The notes beneath the pieces are model-generated. The model saw only the letters and a program-made list of their open reading frames with translations. It was not told where the DNA came from and made no database searches. A DNA stretch of 64,000 bases. Origin: Candidatus Heimdallarchaeum aukensis (lineage in GTDB: Archaea > Asgardarchaeota > Heimdallarchaeia > Heimdallarchaeales > Heimdallarchaeaceae). The stretch spans positions 2,080,001 through 2,144,000 of the forward strand of contig CP084166.1 of NCBI GenBank assembly GCA_021513695.1. The letters run 5' to 3'. Of the stretch, positions 59,433 to 64,000 are shown piece by piece (within the stretch, counting starts at the first letter, position 1; every line of letters starts with the position of its first letter). Position numbers and translations under genes: made by a program.

Positions 59433-61010
59433 TTACGCACTCCCATAACCTCCTCCACCCGGAGTTTCAATAATTACTATATCTCCTTTCTTAATTTTTC
59501 TAGTAGTCTTTGATGGAAGTATTGAGCGATTATCTGATGAAATAATAATATTTTTGCCTTTTCTCCCAGGCATTCCTCCAAATAATCCAAAAGGAGGATA
59601 ATTTCTTCTCTCGCTTTGAATAGAAAGAGTGGCTTCTTCAGCAAGTAATTTTATTGACCGTCTAATACCGTTGCTACCTGACCATTTCCCTTTTCCTCCA
59701 GTGGACTCTAAAATAGAATATTCAAGGACTCGTAGGGGATAATAAGTCTCCAAAACTTCGATAGGTGTATTGCGAGTATTAGTCATATGGCTATGTTTTG
59801 CACTTGGGGGAGAATAATCCTTTCCTGCTCCAATACCTCCGGCAATAGTTTCATAGTAAGTAAATTGATGACCTTTATGTGTTCCTCCAATAATAATGTT
59901 ATTCATTGTTCCACTACTCGCTGCTGGAATATCATCTGGAAAAATCTGGGAAAAAACACCTAACAAAACATCAACAATTCGTTGGCTAGTTTCAACATTT
60001 CCTGCAGCTACTCCTGCAGGAGGAATAGGATCAACTAATGTTCCTTTTCTAGTGATAACCTTAAGAGGTTCATATAATCCATAATTTGTTGCGTAATCTC
60101 TAGGAACTAAAGCTCGAATAAGATAATAAGTAGCAGAAAGGGTTACTGCCAGTGGAGCGTTGATATTTCCCTCCACTTGTTTAGAACTCTTAGAATAATC
60201 AACAATAAGCTCCTCTCCATACCTTTTAACTTCAGCAGTAATAGGAATAGGCTTATCTGTTACTCCATCATCATCCATATAATCAGTGAAAGAATAGGTC
60301 TCTCCTTCAGGAATACTTTGAATTAAGCGAAGAGAAGCAGAACGAGAACGATTAATTAAAAACTCAATAACCTTTTGAACTCTGGGTAAGGAGTACTTGG
60401 ATAATAAAGATTGAAATTTTTTTTCTCCAATCTTTGTAGAAGCAAGCTGTGCTTGAAGATCTCCTCTACGTTCGTAAGGAACCCTCACATTTTCAAGAAA
60501 AACGTCTAACCATTCTTTATTCATTTTTCCCTTTCTTTCGATAAGTGTGGGTTTAATAACAAAACCTTCTTCGTGAAGAAGATACTTTCCTCCAGGCATA
60601 CTGCCTGGTACAACTCCTCCAACATCTGCATGATGACAACGATTAGCAATATATCCTACAAGCTTTTGTTCAAAAAAGATAGGTTTGACGATCGTTATGT
60701 CAGGTAGATGCGTACCTCCAGAATAAGGGTCATTGGAAATATATATGTCACCATCTTCTATATTGCTCTCACCAAAATGGTCGATAATTGCTTTAACAGA
60801 CTCGGGCATAGCTCCAAGATGAACAGGAATATGTTCTGCCTGAGCAAGAAGTCGACCTTGACTATCCATAATTGCACTGGAAAAATCTAATCTGTCTCGA
60901 ATGTTGGGGCTAAAAGCAGAACGTTGAAGAACTATGCCAGTCTCTATAGCAACGTTACGAAGAGCTTGGTTAATAACCTGAACTTCAATTAAATTAAATT
61001 GATCACTCAT
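59433..61010 (-). CDS. hyuB: hydantoinase B/oxoprolinase family protein (HyuB/OplaH B subunit)
   Basis: N-terminal family signature NVAIETGIVLQRSAFSPNIRDRLDFSSA. It overlaps the upstream hyuA by 4 nt. Confidence 0.75.
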   Translation of the reverse strand: MSDQFNLIEVQVINQALRNVAIETGIVLQRSAFSPNIRDRLDFSSAIMDSQGRLLAQAEHIPVHLGAMPESVKAIIDHFGESNIEDGDIYISNDPYSGGTHLPDITIVKPIFFEQKLVGYIANRCHHADVGGVVPGSMPGGKYLLHEEGFVIKPTLIERKGKMNKEWLDVFLENVRVPYERRGDLQAQLASTKIGEKKFQSLLSKYSLPRVQKVIEFLINRSRSASLRLIQSIPEGETYSFTDYMDDDGVTDKPIPITAEVKRYGEELIVDYSKSSKQVEGNINAPLAVTLSATYYLIRALVPRDYATNYGLYEPLKVITRKGTLVDPIPPAGVAAGNVETSQRIVDVLLGVFSQIFPDDIPAASSGTMNNIIIGGTHKGHQFTYYETIAGGIGAGKDYSPPSAKHSHMTNTRNTPIEVLETYYPLRVLEYSILESTGGKGKWSGSNGIRRSIKLLAEEATLSIQSERRNYPPFGLFGGMPGRKGKNIIISSDNRSILPSKTTRKIKKGDIVIIETPGGGGYGSA

Positions 61011-63079
61011 TTAATCTCCTCCAAAATAATGTAACCTAATCTGTTGATTCTGCCAAAAACACTTGGGGGGATAACCGTAGTAGAATCAAGCTGATCAATA
61101 ATTGCAGGACCCTCAATAATATTGCCGTCTAACAATTTCGATTTATCAAAAACAGGAGTAGAAAAAAGGTCGCCATAAAAGTTGACCTCTCGACTGGATT
61201 TATAAGCTGAATCAGGAGGACGAGAAGAACCTTCAGGAAGTTTAGATAATTTGAGTTTGGGCACTGTCCCTCTGGCTTCAACCTTAACATTAACAACTTC
61301 TACTTGTAAATGCTTGTCATGCCAAGAGTAATTTTGATGATGAAGAGAATGGAAACTGTCAACAGCTTCTGACAAAATAGAACCAGAAATAGGATAATTG
61401 ATAGGAATAGAAAGAGTGTCAGACTGACCTAAATAGCGAAGGTCTAAAGAATATGAAAAGACTTTTTCTTCTTCTTTTACATTTTCAGAAGACAAAATAG
61501 ATGATAACTCTAATTTTAAAGATTCAAGAGTATTGTTAAGATCGAGAAAATCTATGTCCTCAACAAGCTGAAGATAAGACTGGACCTTCTCGTGTTTAAT
61601 ATCACTAGCCAGTAATCCATAAGCCGACCATGCACCTGGAAAAGGAGGAACAATAACACGTTTAATGTCCAACTCTTTAGCTATATCCCAAACTTGCATA
61701 GGACCCGCACCTCCAAAACCAAGGAGAGAAAAATCGCGGGGATCTAAACCACGCTGAACAGTAACAACACGAATAGCTTGTGAAATGTTGTGATTAAGAA
61801 TCTGACGAACAGAAAGAGCTAAAGAAGTAACAGAATCGATTTCATAATCATAGGAGGAATTTCTTATTTCATCAAGTAATGATTGTAAAACAGAAAAGGA
61901 TTTGTTGACGTCAATATCCAAATTACCAGCAAAATTGCTAGGGTGAACATAACCTAAAACCATATTCGCGTCAGTTAAAGTAACTTTGTCTCCACCTAAA
62001 GAATAACATGCAGGACCAGGAAAAGCTCCTTGAGACTCAGGACCAACAGTTAACAATCCATCACTAAACTTAGCAATAGAACCTCCACCACTACCAATAG
62101 TCTCAACATCAGCCATAGGTGAAACAATCGGAAAACCGCCAAAATAGCGAGAGTTTAAAATGATAGGACTATCGATCAAGGCAGAAACATCAGTACTAGT
62201 ACCGCCAATATCTAAAGAAACAAGATGGGAAAGAGAAAGATGGTCAAGAGTCTTAGAAGCAGCAAGAACACCACCAGCAAGACCAGAATAAAGAGTTTGA
62301 ATGCCATTACGAGTGATAGTAGAAACATCACTCATACCAGTGTTAGATTGCATAATCAGAAGAGGAGAAGAAATGCCGATATCAAGAAGCTTGGAACGAA
62401 TAGTGGAAAGATAACGAGAAATAACAGGACTAACTTTAGCATTGATGATAGTAGTAACAGAGCGCTCGTATTCACCAATAGAAGGACAGATCTCAAAAGA
62501 GGGAAAGGAAAGAAAACCATGAGAACTAAGAAGAGAATGAAGATGCTGTTCATGAGAAAAATTGCGAAAAGAAAAAAGAAGAGAAATAGCTAAAACAGAA
62601 ATAGAACGAGAATGAAGGAGAGAAGAAAGAGAGTCTAAATCAAAGGTAAGAGGACGAATTACAGAACCTGAAGAATCAAGGCGCTCATCAATCTCTATTA
62701 ATAAATCAGAAGAAAAATCTAAAGGATAAGATTGAGAAAATTTGAGATTATAAAGATCAGAACGTTGTTGGCGACCAATCTCAATAATATCTTTGAAACC
62801 TTTAGTAGTCAAAAAAGCTATAGGAGGACATTTACCCTCTAAAAAAGCATTAGTACCGATAGTTGTTCCATGAATAAGCAATTCAATGTCAGAAGGACCA
62901 AAATCAAAAAGATGCATAACCTCTTGTAATCCAGAAATGATTCCAATACTAGGGTCATGAGGAGTAGTAGCAGTTTTCCAAGCTCTAATTTGACCATCAC
63001 TAGAAAGTATAATAAAATCAGTAAAAGTACCACCTGTATCGATACCAATACGAATAGGAGGACGAAGAGAAGAAAGCAT
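61007..63079 (-). CDS. hyuA: hydantoinase A/oxoprolinase family protein (HyuA, ASKHA-fold ATPase)
   Basis: The N-terminal IGIDTGGTFTDFIIL is an actin-like ATPase phosphate-1 motif. The 690-aa size fits the family. Confidence 0.75.
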   Translation of the reverse strand: MLSSLRPPIRIGIDTGGTFTDFIILSSDGQIRAWKTATTPHDPSIGIISGLQEVMHLFDFGPSDIELLIHGTTIGTNAFLEGKCPPIAFLTTKGFKDIIEIGRQQRSDLYNLKFSQSYPLDFSSDLLIEIDERLDSSGSVIRPLTFDLDSLSSLLHSRSISVLAISLLFSFRNFSHEQHLHSLLSSHGFLSFPSFEICPSIGEYERSVTTIINAKVSPVISRYLSTIRSKLLDIGISSPLLIMQSNTGMSDVSTITRNGIQTLYSGLAGGVLAASKTLDHLSLSHLVSLDIGGTSTDVSALIDSPIILNSRYFGGFPIVSPMADVETIGSGGGSIAKFSDGLLTVGPESQGAFPGPACYSLGGDKVTLTDANMVLGYVHPSNFAGNLDIDVNKSFSVLQSLLDEIRNSSYDYEIDSVTSLALSVRQILNHNISQAIRVVTVQRGLDPRDFSLLGFGGAGPMQVWDIAKELDIKRVIVPPFPGAWSAYGLLASDIKHEKVQSYLQLVEDIDFLDLNNTLESLKLELSSILSSENVKEEEKVFSYSLDLRYLGQSDTLSIPINYPISGSILSEAVDSFHSLHHQNYSWHDKHLQVEVVNVKVEARGTVPKLKLSKLPEGSSRPPDSAYKSSREVNFYGDLFSTPVFDKSKLLDGNIIEGPAIIDQLDSTTVIPPSVFGRINRLGYIILEEIK

Positions 63080-63233
63080 GTCAAAAAAAAAGAAGAAGAG
63101 AACTTAAAGATTTTCAAAAAATAAGAAAAACCTAAAGAAAAAGAAAAAATTTTTTTATAAATCAGTTTATTAGTTGAAAATCATTTACTAAAAAGAACGG
63201 TTAATTGTTAAAAATACTTTTTATTTGTATAAA

Positions 63234-63336
63234 TGGTGGGGACGGCACGACTTGAACGCGCGACCAACAGGTATCTACGTTTTTTCAAATTATTAAACTC
63301 TGGAGCCTGCCACTCTACCTACTGAGCTACGTCCCC
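63234..63336 (-). tRNA. tRNA-Trp (anticodon CCA) with a roughly 27-nt intron at the canonical 37/38 position; CCA encoded
   Basis: The minus-strand fold gives acceptor GGGGACG/CGTCCCC, D-arm GCTC-AGTAGGTA-GAGT, anticodon stem GCAGG/CCTGT with loop CTCCAG(A) interrupted by GTTTAATAATTTGAAAAAACGTAGAT, and T-arm GCGCG-TTCAAGT-CGTGC. Confidence 0.7.
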
Positions 63337-63731
63337 TATATTAAGGTCTAAAGGCCTTCAATCTTAGTTTTTGTTTTTTTGTGGACACACAGTGATTTGT
63401 ATTTATTGTGTCTGAAATTTCTTTTAAGATTTCATTTTTAAGTTTTCTTGTTATCAACTTGACTTTGAATAGTTTTTGTATGTTGCCTTTGATATAAGAA
63501 ATACTGTTAGAGTTGTGGCTCTACTTTTTTCTTCTTTTTCTCTTTTTTTATATAAAATGAAAACAAACATTCATAAAAAATGCTTTTTTTGTTTACTTGC
63601 TCATTTATCAGTCTCAATTAGTGATTGTCAATAATGAAATTCAATAGGTAGGATGATTTATGATTTCACTCTGGAGCTTTGAATTGGCTTTCACTTGGGA
63701 AAACTGTTGAGCTCCTTTTTCTTTTTTTTCC

Positions 63732-63977
63732 TTATTCTTCTAGCTTTTTTTCCATTTTCCATAAGTGTCTTCTTCCTGCAAATTCTCTTTCTTCGCACAA
63801 TTCTGCTAGTTGCCTATTTGTTTCAAAAGATATATTATAATAGTTATTTGCTCTATATTCTTTCAATTTCTTTATGAATTCGTCAAAATATTTCAATTCT
63901 TTACATTTTAGTGATCTGCATCCTGCATAATTTGGTTCAAAGATGCTCATTACTTTTAATTCTTTTTCATTAAACAA
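63732..63977 (-). CDS. hypothetical small protein (may extend beyond the annotated start)
   Basis: ORF only, at the window edge. Confidence 0.25.
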   Translation of the reverse strand: MFNEKELKVMSIFEPNYAGCRSLKCKELKYFDEFIKKLKEYRANNYYNISFETNRQLAELCEEREFAGRRHLWKMEKKLEE

Positions 63978-64000
63978 TCCTAAAACTAGATTGTTGCTAT

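Noticed and set aside
62225-62593. K/R-rich 122-aa plus-strand ORF and other short ORFs inside hyuA
   Set aside because: They are antisense to hyuA, whose coding strand is AGA/GAA-rich, and show no independent support.

Overview
This 64-kb window looks like a contiguous chromosomal segment of an AT-rich archaeon, most likely an Asgard (Lokiarchaeia-like) lineage. Archaeal hallmarks are an Sm protein, ribosomal protein L37e, aIF2-beta, aIF1A, a Rio1-Dim2 pair, NMD3, an AcnX pair, three intron-containing or odd-armed tRNAs, oligo-T terminators and a form III RuBisCO beside a ribose-1,5-bisphosphate isomerase. Eukaryote-like signature proteins are also present: two Arf-family small-GTPase homologs, a two-domain gelsolin-like protein and a WD40 propeller with an E/K-rich single helix. 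Housekeeping and metabolic content includes a NAD-linked formate dehydrogenase cluster (NuoE-like, NuoF-like, FdhA, MobA-like), an SBP-less Opp/Dpp-type ABC operon, bacterial-type UvrB/UvrC, a HyuA/HyuB pair, ornithine carbamoyltransferase, threonine dehydratase, Nudix, SDR, oligoendopeptidase F and a MiaB/MtaB-type radical-SAM enzyme. The most unusual element is a tightly packed five-gene plus-strand operon at 35790-41719. It encodes a degenerate Arf-like pseudoGTPase, a MoxR-like AAA+ ATPase with an Asn at the Walker B Asp position and a Cys-containing insertion, a VWA/MIDAS protein, a 541-aa protein of unknown fold and a HEAT-repeat protein. I know of no described counterpart. Several intergenic regions carry structured repeats: helically phased CTGCAATTT copies, a TTACGTAA-containing direct repeat, a (GATAGT)n microsatellite with matching inverted motifs flanking an HTH gene, and a 38-nt tandem duplication spanning a stop codon. 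No CRISPR array, rRNA or clear transposase was seen. All calls rest on motif recognition by eye; no database search was possible.
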